Source: Octopus sinensis (taxonomy: Eukaryota). Taken from it: 64,000 nt of DNA. The notes beneath the pieces are model-generated. The model did not search any database, had not been told where the DNA came from, and worked only from the letters and a program-made list of their open reading frames with translations. Both the position numbers and the translations under genes were made by a program. The stretch lies in assembly GCF_006345805.1 (NCBI RefSeq), contig NC_043007.1:77066001-77130000 (forward strand), read 5' to 3'. Position 1 is the first letter of the stretch. Each line of letters opens with the position of its first letter. Shown here one piece after another: positions 1-11,022 of this stretch.

Positions 1-531
1 TTACTTGAGACTGTGGCCATGCTGGAGCGTCCCCTTGAAGAATTTCTAGTCACATGAATCAACCTCAATAATACTTATTTTATTTTTAAGCTGGTACCTA
101 TTCTATCAGAAGAAGTACAAGGCATTAAAAAAAAAAACAGTAAAAGACATGTAGTGAGGTTAATTCTTCATGGCAGTACTCCAGAATGGCCACAGCCTAA
201 TGACTGAAGCAAGTAAAAGATTAAAAGATTGGCTTATGTAGTTATATAATAAATATAATCTGGTGTAAGGAGGTGTAGTGTGGGATATAGTGTAGCAGGG
301 TGTGGTGGAATAGGGTCCGCTGATGTAGTAGTGTGCTATGGAATGGAGTAGTTATAACACGGCATACTATGGTTTGGCATAGTGTGCAATGTGGTGGTGC
401 AGCGTAGCCGAAACGATTTGCAATGGTTTAGAGTAGAGTGTCCCTATACAGAAGCAATATCAAGTTTCCTTGAGTTTTAAGTTCAAATCCTCCAGATGTG
501 ATCTATGTCAATAATATAAAGTACTGTCAAG

Positions 532-755
532 GGCGACGAGCTGGCATAAATGTTAGCATGCCGGGCGAAATGCTTAGCGGTATTTCGTCTGTCTTTACGT
601 TCTGAGTTCAAATTCCGCCAAGGTCGACTTTGCCTTTCATCGTTTAGGGGTTGATAAATTAAGTACCAGTTGCATACTGGGGTTGATCTAATCGAGTGGC
701 CCCCTCCCAAAAAAAATTTTGGGCCTTGTGCTAAGAGCATAAAAGAATATCAGGT
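532..755 (+). mobile_element. tRNA-headed SINE, family B (working name)
   Basis: GGCGACGAGCTGGC head, GAGTTCAAATTCC box-B-like motif, body GACTTTGCCTTTCATC...GATAAATTAAGTACCAG. Recurs at many positions in the window. Confidence 0.85.
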
Positions 756-1249
756 AAATATCAAATGGTAATGACGATGATCATGATGGTAACAATGAAG
801 ATAGAGATGATGGAACTAGACAGAAGTTGTCAGAATAGAATACCATGCTGATTCATTGGGATGCTGACTGTCACTTATCCTTCTTCTTCCTCCTCCTCCT
901 CCTTCACCTTCTATGGCATACAGGGTTGTATGTTAAATGACTGAAGGGCAGGAACAGAGTGGGAGAGCATGGAGGGAATAGTGGGAGGAATCATGGTGAA
1001 AGAAGGAAAGTCATAGCAACAAAAAAGGGGAGAAAATCACAGTAGAGGGAGTGGGAGGACAAGAGAAAGACGGGGGGGGATAGGGGAGGAAGATAAGGAA
1101 GAAGATAATGGAGGAGATGGAGAGGGAGTAGGGATGAACCATATGAAAGAGCAAGTGAATATGAATATGTGAGTGAGTATACCTGTGACCAGTGGTCAAT
1201 GCATGTAGTTTTACAAGGAGGAGGGAAAGAGTGGTCAAGAGATTAAATG

Positions 1250-1480
1250 CCCATGTAATTGGTTTCAAAGCTTGGCACATAGCCAGCAAGTTTGGGGCTG
1301 CGGGTAGGGGAGGTTGGAAGCTGATTACATCAACCCCAGTGCTCAACTGGTACTTATTTTATCAATCCTGAAAGGATGAAAAGCAAAGTCGACCTTAGCA
1401 GAATTTGAACTCAGAGCCTAAAGACGGGCAAAATGCTGCTAAGCATTTTGTCCAGTGTGCTAATGATTCCGCCAGCTCGC
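1250..1480 (-). mobile_element. SINE family B, more decayed copy
   Basis: Reverse complement of the 532-755 family (GAAAGGATGAAAAGCAAAGTCGAC...GAATTTGAACTCAG...CCAGCTCGCC). Confidence 0.8.
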
Positions 1481-1541
1481 CATGTATGGATGTATATATG
1501 TGTATTACATATATAAGGACAACAGTGTGAGTGAGTGTGTA

Positions 1542-1574
<33 letters not shown>

Positions 1575-2819
1575 GTATTCCCTGTGATCAAAAAAGATGT
1601 GTATATATGTAACAGCTACATGTGTGTACTTTATGTGAATATGCGTTGGTCAAAAGAGGGGCATCAGTAAATGTATGTAAAGTGTGTGTATGCGCGTGAA
1701 GAGAGAGTGGTGGACTGGTAATGGAGAGAAATCAGACACCTTATCCATGAGTCTCTTGCCACCCCATCCCCACCTCTCAGTATCAGTGTTGTCAAGTCAA
1801 ATGAGAAATTTACTGTTACCACATGTTGTTGATAAACATTAAGAGATGATGGCGAGGGCGGTTGCAGTGGTAAGAAATGAGAGAGATATCTGGAGGAAAA
1901 GAAGGGTGGGAGAAGCCAGTGAAGATGGAGAGGAAGCTAAATAGAAAAGAAAGCAAAAAGAGAGAAAAAGAAAATCAATGAGAGGGGAGGGAGGGAAACA
2001 GAAAGGGAAAAAGAAAAAGTGATAGAAGATGAACTACTGACATTAAAGCAAAAGCAAAAAAAAAAAGTGGTTAAGAAGCTTGTTATCATGTGGTTTAGGG
2101 TTCAGTCCTACTACAAAGCACCTTGGCCAAGTGTCTTCTATGTTGACCAATAGTGGAAGCCCCTTGCGTATGTGTATGTCTGCCCCTCCACTACTTGACA
2201 ACCAGTGTTGGTTTGTTTACGTTCCCATAACTTAGCAGTTTGGTAAAAGTCACCGAATATAGCAGATTCATTACAACGTTCTATCACATACTCTGACTAC
2301 TTCAATTACCTCATTGACCCATTTCTCTGCTAGAAGTATGCCAATATTTCTTTCATACCCCATTGCTGTTGCCCTTCCAGAAGAATTTATACCTAAGCCT
2401 TTTGCCAGTGAGAAACCTGGCTGAAGCTCCTTTCCACTGAACTACTTGGATGCAACACACATCAACACATCTCCTTTCAAGCAGCTTAACAATCTCACCA
2501 GACCTATCTATCAATGTGCCTGCATTGACAGTGCCAACTCTGAGGGAATGTACAGGGAGGGATAACTGTGGCTATTGGCATCTGAAAAGAAGGTTGTAAT
2601 GAGCATTTGCCAGCAAACATGTCATAGCAGTTGCCCTTGTATTTAATCCGCCATCATTCATGCTACACTTGCTACCCCTACTGAATGTGGATGCTGTACC
2701 ATTTGTATTTGAATCACTGCACTGTGAGGCTGCATATTTTTTATACAGAATTATGTACTTGTACATGAGACCACTGAATGGAAGAAATATGAAAGTGCAT
2801 GGTCCTAACAAATGATACA

Positions 2820-2942
2820 GAGGAGTATGTTCTCTACAGGAAATGGCAGAGATATCAAGAAAATACATGACAGTAGAAGCTTTGCAGCTGTGGTCTACAA
2901 GTTTGATGTCAATGAATCTATTATTCATTCTATTTACAAACT
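2820..2942 (+). mobile_element. decayed pogo/Tigger-type transposase N-terminal HTH fragment
   Basis: With one frameshift it reads RGVCSLQEMAEI/KKIHDSRSFAAVVYKFDVNESIIHSIYK. This resembles the Tigger CENP-B-type first HTH pattern (V.TLQEK.E...RS.AAVAR.F.INES..R.I.K), compared from memory. Confidence 0.45.
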
Positions 2943-3091
2943 GAGTGGAGATGATTCACTTATCACTGTGTTTTTTAGGACCCAAATCCCTGTGATAAAT
3001 GAAGATGTACCAGACTGGGGCAGTGGACTGGTAGAATTGTTACAGCATTAAATGCAATGCCCTTGTGGTATTGACCCTTGGATGCCTTTAA

Positions 3092-3311
3092 CCCTTTAAT
3101 GTTCAGATTATTCTGTCAAATGTGATGTTTGTTTGTTTATATTGTTTTGAATTAATCATGCATTATCTTGTAGTTTAGAGATTTCAGTGATGTGATTTTT
3201 TAGTTTTAGAATGACATGGTAGGGTTGAGATGAGAGGCAAGATCTGGTCAGTTTCAATATAAAACAGGTTAAATATTTTGGCCGGATATGGCCGGTTTGA
3301 ATGCTAAAGGG
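3092..3311. mobile_element. piggyBac-type MITE with TTAA target-site duplication
   Basis: TTAA(3088-3091)-CCCTTT...GAATGCTAAAGGG-TTAA(3312-3315). Related copies at 3919 and 59913. Confidence 0.8.
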
Positions 3312-3918
3312 TTAAGCAATGTTTGCTCTGGTGCAAGCATTTGAGCCTGGTATTTTGTCTTAAGATAAATTCCTTTCTCCCCATAATTAGTATCAGAGTA
3401 CTTCTGAAAAAGTAAAGGATTTATAGGCCCTCTCTTGCCAAAGAGATAAAAGAAAAACAAAAAACAACAATAATCTAGCACCTAATTACTAATTAACTGT
3501 TGTTTCCTTTAGATTAAATTTATTAAATGACAGGAAATACCTCCATCTTAGCATCAAATATGTTTTAGCTAATCTCTGAATATTTCTCTCTCCTTCGTTT
3601 GATTTACAATATATTTACATCCATTTATAGTACTCTTTGCATAGAAATCCATTTTACAGAGAAAATAAGATCATCATCACCATCAACATGAAAAAGATAT
3701 ATTCTTCATCATTATCATCATCTAAAAGAATCTAAAGCATCTTCCAAAGAACTAAAATAGTCACAATGGGAAGCAATAATAGAAACTAAGGGCATTATTC
3801 TGATGTCTTAATAGGATTGGACCAATTTTTGTATTAAGATGTCAAGAAAATTGTATATAGGAAGGAATATGTTCAGATTGAAAGAAAAAAAGAATCCAGA
3901 AAGAAGTGACATAATTAA

Positions 3919-4135
3919 CCCTTTAGCATTCAGATGATTCTGTCAAATGTTATGCTTATTTATTCACATTGTTTTGAAATAATCATGCATTATATCATAG
4001 CTTTGAGATTTCAATGATGTGGATTGTTTATTTTTAGAATGACACTGTAGGATAAGTGCAAGAGGCCAGATCTGGCTGCTCTGAACATAAAACAGCTACA
4101 ATATTTGGACATGATATGGATGGAGAATGAGGCTT
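3919..4135. mobile_element. second copy of the piggyBac-type MITE, right end lost at a SINE
   Basis: TTAA-CCCTTTAGCATTCAGA start, colinear with 3092-3311, interrupted by a SINE A tail at about 4136. Confidence 0.75.
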
Positions 4136-4458
4136 ACTCTTACTTGTTTTAGTCATTTGACTGTGGCCATGCTGGAGCACCGCCTTTAGTCAAGCAAATC
4201 GACCCCAGGACTTATTCTTTGTAAGCCTAGTACTTATTCTGTCTCTTATGCCGAACCGCATAGTTACAGGGATGTAAACACACCACCATCCATTGTCAAG
4301 CGATGTTGGGGGGACAAACACAGACACAGAAACATATACGTATATATACGATGGCCTTCTTTCAGTTTCCATCTACCAAATCCACTCACAAGGCTTTGGT
4401 TGGCCTGAAGCTATATAGAAGACACTTGCCCAAGGTGCCACACAGTGGGACTGAATTC
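4136..4458 (-). mobile_element. tRNA-headed SINE, family A (working name)
   Basis: Reverse complement of the 10634-11022 element; 5' head truncated. Confidence 0.85.
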
Positions 4459-4618
4459 AAGAAAATCATGGGCCCAACCTACTGCTCTACAGCTATCAAT
4501 AAATTGTTAAACAAAACAAAACTGCGTATCTAATTCAGTTAAATTTCATTCTGGTTCTAAGATACATGTCACAGATCCTCTGGGAAGCATCAACACTGAT
4601 GTTTCTAGGATCTTCCAG

Positions 4619-4803
4619 TTGACCCAGATTGGGTTGATCAAGCTCCAGATTGCACCCCAGCAGCAACAGCAAATCACTCGTCTGCCCCCATTATCCAAAG
4701 TCACTTTGTGGTCCTTTCCGCAGCATCAGTGATGCAATTTATGGCACTCCTATTTGCTGCACGAGTAACTTCAAGCCCTGTTAGAGCTTTGCGGAATGAA
4801 TAG
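4619..4803 (+). CDS. candidate terminal coding exon, C-terminus of a GPI-anchored or single-pass membrane protein
   Basis: Acceptor GGATCTTCCAG|TT, with an in-frame TAG just upstream. 60 open codons xDPDWVDQAPDCTPAATANHSSAPIIQSHFVVLSAASVMQFMALLFAARVTSSPVRALRNE-TAG. A/T-rich third positions in a locally GC-rich island; hydrophobic stretch near the end. Upstream exons not found. Confidence 0.5.
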
Positions 4804-5716
4804 CTTGACAAAACGGCAATAGCCCAGTATGTTTGTTTGGAAAATACTGAAATACTTATATAATTTTTCAACCACAGTCTCTAAATACTATGGTTAAAGT
4901 TCAAATTAAAATGTTTAAATTCACAACAAATTGAACAACGTTTTCACATGTGATTTATTAGCTTTAAACTATTTTTCAAAAAGTGAGAAATTATCATTAG
5001 CAAAATATCGATTATACTTTATTTATATATATATTTTTTTTACAAGACTTTCAGGCCAAATCTCCACTGAGGAGGAGGAGGAGTAGGAAAAGGTTTACAA
5101 TCAAGTGAACCGATACCCCACCATCTCCACCACTCCGCTTTCAGCATATTAAACTACTTTATTTATTTATTTATTTTAAACTCAGAGAGTAGAGTACCAA
5201 AAATAAATACGGTAAATCATTTATTTAGTATGATGTTTTACCATTCCTGTCATTATTGATTTCTTTCTCAGAGTCACATGTCTATGCAAAAGGTGATGAG
5301 GAGATGTAAATGAAGGCAATTAACTCTAGAGTTTGAGCACCAATATGCACTGTATACAACCACCACCACCAACACCACCACTATATGAAAGTGACTAATA
5401 AAGATGACCAGGGGACTGTTACATACAACTCAGAACTGCGGTTTATCAAACACCAATGTTAATAATTTAATGTGTCCAGTCTGACATCACTTCCTTCTGT
5501 TGATGTTGTTACATGGGAACAAGACCTGAAATCTTGTTTAAAATTCTTTTCGTTTCTTTTGCTTTCACAAGTGCCCTTAGTGAACAACTGAAGTTAAATA
5601 GCCAACAACTTGGAATCATTACCACCAGATTGCAGAGTTACATCACTGGGGAAACAGGTTACAATCCTTATATCACTGCTGGTCATGAATAATAATAATA
5701 ATAATAGACAAGACAG

Positions 5717-5924
5717 GTGCAAGAGGCCAGATCTGGCTGCTCTGAACATAAAACAGCTACAATATTTGGACATGATATGGATGGAGAATGAGGCTTACTC
5801 TTACTTGTTTTAGTCATTTGACTGTGGCCATGCTGGAGCACCGCCTTTAGTCAAGCAAATCGACCCCAGGACTTATTCTTTGTAAGCCTAGTACTTATTC
5901 TATCTGTCTCTTATGCCGAACCGC
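5717..5924 (+). repeat. near-identical direct copy of 4056-4259 (MITE/SINE junction)
   Basis: Identical by eye over about 204 bp except a 4-nt indel (TATTCT[ATCT]GTCTC). Confidence 0.9.
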
Positions 5925-5928
5925 TAAG

Positions 5929-6058
5929 TTCCGGGTTCAGTCCCACTGTGTGGCATCTTGGGCAAGTGTCTTCTGCTATAGCCTTGGGCCGACCAATGCC
6001 TTGTGAGTGGATTTGGTAGACAGAAACTGAAAGAAGCCTGTCGTATATATATATATAC

Positions 6059-6092
<34 letters not shown>

Positions 6093-6290
6093 TAGTGTGT
6101 CTGTGTTTGTCCCCCTAGCATTGCTTGACGACCAATGCTGGTGTGTTTATGTTCCCGTAAACTTAGCGATTCGGCAAAAGAGACCGATAGAATAAGTACC
6201 GGGGTCGAGTTGCTCGATTAAAGGCAGTGCTCCAGCATGGCCGCAGTCAAATGACTGAAACAAGTAAAAGAGTAAAAGAGTAAGACAAAG
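5929..6290 (+). mobile_element. SINE family A
   Basis: TTCCGGGTTCAGTCCCAC head remnant, internal (TA)n(TG)n, tail GAAACAAGTAAAAGAG. Confidence 0.85.
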
Positions 6291-8161
6291 AGCAGGATGT
6301 GATTGCAATAGATGGAATTGGTTGAATGACATTTTGACAGCATGCCTGTCTTAGTTGAGTTCAAAATGAAAAGTGATACATAGAAATTCAAATTCTCATT
6401 TTGTGATTCGTATTTGAATGGTACAAATTCATTGGCCCAGGATTGGGCTCAACACCTGGGTCCAGTGAAACAAACAGGGCTTATGTCAGTCTTTTTAAAA
6501 TATAATAATAATAATCTTTACTAAAAGCACAAGGCTTGAATAGACTAGTTGATTACATCGACCCCAGTGTTTCACTGGTACTTAATTTGTTGACTCTGAA
6601 AGGATGAAAGGCAAAGTCGACCTCAGCAGAATTAAAACTCAGAATTAATAATAATTTCTAACTTTGGTATAATGAAAATATAGCTGACAAACTACTAATT
6701 TAATTGACTCTAAACCTGAAAAACATGTCTGTTACAAGACCTTGAACTAAGGTTAACCCCATAGGATTTTAATTTATAGCATGTATTATAATAACATTAA
6801 ATGATATTTGCCACAAAATCTAATAATAATAATAATAATAATAATAACAACATCAATGAATAAACGAAACGGTAAATAGGAGATTCCACACAGTGCCTAA
6901 TTAATACTATGTTGGATAAGGCATTGTATGGTGCAAATAATAAGGTTGTTTTAATCTAGAGTTAAACCATGCAACATTTAGTTATTTGATAAATTAGAGT
7001 TAGAGGAATTACAACGATAATTATAATTTGACTTCACCGTACTGAGTGGGTCTGCACCAAATTATCAGAAATATACTTTATCTTTTACTTGTTACAATCA
7101 TTGGATTGCAGCCATGCTGGAGCACCACCACGAAAGGTTTTAGTTGAACAAATTAACCTTCAATACTTATTTTTAAAGTCTAGTACTTATTCTATCAATT
7201 TCTTTTGATGAACCACTAAGTGACAGGGGACATAAGCCAATGCTGACTGTTGGATGGAGATGGGGGGAAGAAGACAAAACATAGACACATTTTATATATA
7301 TATATAATATATATATTTATAATTGTTAAATTTCTAAATTTATATAAATTATTTTATGTATTGGCTTAAGTCTTTCTTTGTTTGATTTGCATAATAGTGG
7401 TTTTGTCTCTAATTTAATATAATATAATATTTTACTATAAAATTGGATTCAATCCTAAATCTGATTTTTCCCTGTAAATTTGGATTTATTCCCTAATATT
7501 TATTATTATATATATATATATATAGTTTCTCTCTGTCAAAGTCACCCACTAAGTATAAATCAGCATGGGTCATAGTAAAAGACACTTGCCCAAGGTGCTG
7601 TGCAGTAAGAAGGAACCCCATACTACGTTTGTGGAATAAGTTCCTCAGCCACATGGCCATGTCTGCACCTATACATAGCACACACACACACATGCAGAGA
7701 GAGAGAGAGAGAACTTACTTTTGATTTAGGATCAAAAATTAAAAGTAGAAAATTATCATAAGCAATTGTCATTGAAATTTTTTTGAGAAAAAAAATGGTT
7801 TTCTTTTTCCTAGAATCACGATCTGGGTACTTTTAAGCATGAAATATTTCCCTGCCCCCCCCCCCCCCCAAAAAAAAATACACCCCTCTCCACACACAAA
7901 ATGTCAAAAGCAAAAAACTAGGAGAAAAGGTTGAGTAAAAATCTGAATGGCTTTTCTGAGTATGTGTGTGGTAAAATTGTAATCTCTATTTTTGTAATTA
8001 GAAGTTTTTGAAGAAAAAAAAAACAAAAAAAAAAAAAAACAAAAAGGTAGGATAGAATATCTCATTACATGTCAACCTGGACATCACAGAAATATCAATA
8101 TAGCCACATTCATTTTGTGATCACAAACTAAAAGGCATACACACACACACACACGTAAAAC

Positions 8162-8224
<63 letters not shown>

Positions 8225-9569
8225 ATATATCTACACACTATTTGTATACACACATGTATCTCTGCTACAGTTAAGAGACCAATTGCTATCCCTCTATTAT
8301 TCTTTTAACCTTTCATCTACTGGCACAAAGTCACTTCCCTCAACACTATTCCTCTTGACTGAGGGAACTTTCTCTTGTCTTGCAAGTTACTTGGTGGCTC
8401 CATCAGTGCTGGTGCCATGAAGTAAAGTGGTTGGTGTTAGGAAAGGCATCCAAGTATGGAAACCATGCCAAAAACAGACAACAAGGCCCTCCAGCTTGCC
8501 AGCTTTTGTCAAACCATCCAACCTATCCCAGGATTGCAAATTGACATTAGATAATGATATACAAGTATGCACATAAAAACACCAACATATAGTATACATA
8601 AATATATGCATACATACATGCTTATACACACACACACACACACAACCAGAAAGGGAGAGTTGGGAAAGAAACAGTAATAAAAAAAAATGCAGTACACACA
8701 TATTTCTTTAACTGCACTCAACTGTCCATAAGAATTAGTTTACAAAATCAGAAGAAACAAAAAATAAACAAAATAGGTCAATTAACAAGCTAATGAAATC
8801 TTGCTATTCATCCAATTACTTTTTAAAAATATAACAAAAAAAAAAAAAAAACAAGCCCAGTATTAGCCTTATATAATAAATAAGTTATTGGACAAAGATG
8901 CAATAATAAATAAAAACTGATAGCCTTGTGCAATATGAGGCATTTTAAAAGTTCCAAGTTGAAATAAAATGTTAATGTGAAATTGTTATTAGATGGAAGA
9001 TGTATTAATACAAGAATATATGTTTTATCTTTTACTAGTTTCAGTCATTCGACTGTGGCCATTCTAGGGCACCACCTCTAAGGGTTTTTCTATTGAACAA
9101 ATAACCCCAGTACATATTTTTTTAAAGCTTGGTACTGATTCTATAGGTCTCTTTTGCCAAACTGAAGTTACAGGGACATAATTATAACACCAATTGTCAA
9201 GTTGTGGAGTGGAAGTCAAACACACACACACACACACAATTTCCAGTAATCAAATTCACCCACAATGCTTGAAGCTATAGTAATAGACACTTGCCAAAGG
9301 TATGGCTTAGTGGGACAACCCAAAACCATGTCGACAACTATTAAAACCTAATTGAAAGAAATTCAAAAAGCTGAAGCAAAATCTAAGATTAAGAGTGGTC
9401 TTAAAGTAGATCTATCAATGATGAAAGTTTTAATTGGGAAGAAAGGATTCTACTGGCATCTGGGAAGTGGCCACACTGATATGTAGAAAGCCAATAAGTA
9501 TACTACAGAATGTAACTGATGTAAATAATGAAAGGGAGGTTGAAAGAAGGAATTCCTGTGTAAGAGCTC

Positions 9570-9990
9570 TCATCCCCTGCAAGCTCCAGTTCTTGTTGCA
9601 GTGTGGTAGCTTGCATGCCTCAGTGACCCTCTAAGCTTTGCCAGTAAAGTACAAATTCCTGATAGGGCTTCATATAATGGACAGGTCAGAGGAAAGAGAC
9701 CAGAGTGATATGGACCACAGCTTCCCAAAGCTAAGAATGGGTTTGCATAAGGCTGATAACTTTACACAGATAAAAAAGTTACAGAAGCATTGATGATAAT
9801 TCAAACCCAACAAGACATGAGAGAGGAAGGCCTTCCCTTAGGGAAACATGAAATTGCTGGAGGCAGGTATGATACTGAAGCAGAGTTTGAAGGGATTGAA
9901 CTGGAAACAACCAGAAAAACAGTTCATATTTGAGAACAATACTGAAAAGTCATCAATGGCCTATACTTGACAGGGAACAATGGGCTTGTT
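9570..9990 (+). mobile_element. short non-autonomous RTE-like element (5' UTR-like part plus 3' end)
   Basis: GCTTGCATGCCTCAGTGACCCT...GGACAGGTCAGAGGAAAGAGACCAGA resembles RTE 5' UTRs. Shares GCATTGATGATAATTCAAACCCAACAAGAC...GGAAGGCCTTCCCTTAGGGAAACA with 16840-17195. Confidence 0.5.
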
Positions 9991-10633
9991 CAGAGAATAT
10001 CCTAGAAATAGTTGATAGCTTTTATTACATAGCAGGCTAAATTCCTGTGGAGGACGGTATTCTGAAAGTATAGTAACTGGAGTACAACAAAGAAATGGTA
10101 AATATTCAGGGATCTATCTTTGTGGGTAACAAAAAGTAAAGAACAGATTGCATGAGGCTTGTGTATGAAGTGTGTTGATGCATGGCAGTCAAAATAGGGG
10201 GCACTGAATGTAAAAGATGTCTAAAAGGTGGAAAGAAAAAGAGGGGAGCATGCTCTGCAAATGTCAGTGTAATGATAGTGTGCATGAATGACAGAACACA
10301 ATAGAGCTTAGAGAAAACTTGGAGAAAGACCAATAAACCAGTGCATTGAGGAAGACAGACTGGTGTATCTAAGTGTGCATTGTAGTAATTATCATTATCT
10401 AACATCCATTTTCTATGCTGGAATGAGTTGAATAGTTTGGAAGGCTCCAGTAAGCCACAGGGCTGAAGTGAGGGCCACTATCAGCTTTGGTATAGTTTCT
10501 ATACCAGTTATTCTTGCAATATATCCAATTAAGAATGCATATACATATATGATGACATGGGTTACTAACTCCATAAGAGGCCAGAGGTTTCCTAAGGCAG
10601 GCCTATGGAGTACTCGTAGCTAATTAAAAAAAG

Positions 10634-11022
10634 TGGCTGTGTGGTAAGTAGCCTGTCTACCAACCACATGGTTCCGGGTTCAGTCCCACTGCGTGGCACC
10701 TTGGGCAAGTGTCTTCTACTATAGCCTCGGGCCGACCAAAGCCTTGTGAGTGGATTTGGTAGACGGAAACTGAAAGAAGCCCGTCGTATATATGTATATA
10801 TATATATATGTATGCGTGTGTGTGTTTGTGTGTCTGTCCCCATAGCATTGCTTGACAACCAATGCTGGTGTGTTTGTGTCCCCGTCACTTAGCGGTTCGG
10901 CAAAAGAGACCGATAGAATAAGTACTGGGCTTACAATAGAATAAGTTCCGGGGTCGAGTTGCTCGATTAAAGGCGGTGCTCCAGCATGGCCGCAGTCAAA
11001 TGACTGAAACAAGTAAAAGAGA
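10634..11022 (+). mobile_element. SINE family A, full-length young copy
   Basis: Box A-like TGGCTGTGTGG, box B-like GGTTCAGTCCC, internal microsatellite, CpGs retained, tail AAACAAGTAAAAGAG. Confidence 0.9.

Noticed and set aside
4704-4846. Minus-strand terminal exon FSKQTYWAIAVLSSYSFRKAL...
   Set aside because: Probably the antisense shadow of the plus-strand frame. It does not explain the GC-rich 4620-4700 segment. Kept only as an alternative in the findings.
5427-5525. Minus-strand segment with TTTCAG acceptor and GTATGT donor
   Set aside because: Stop codons in all three frames.
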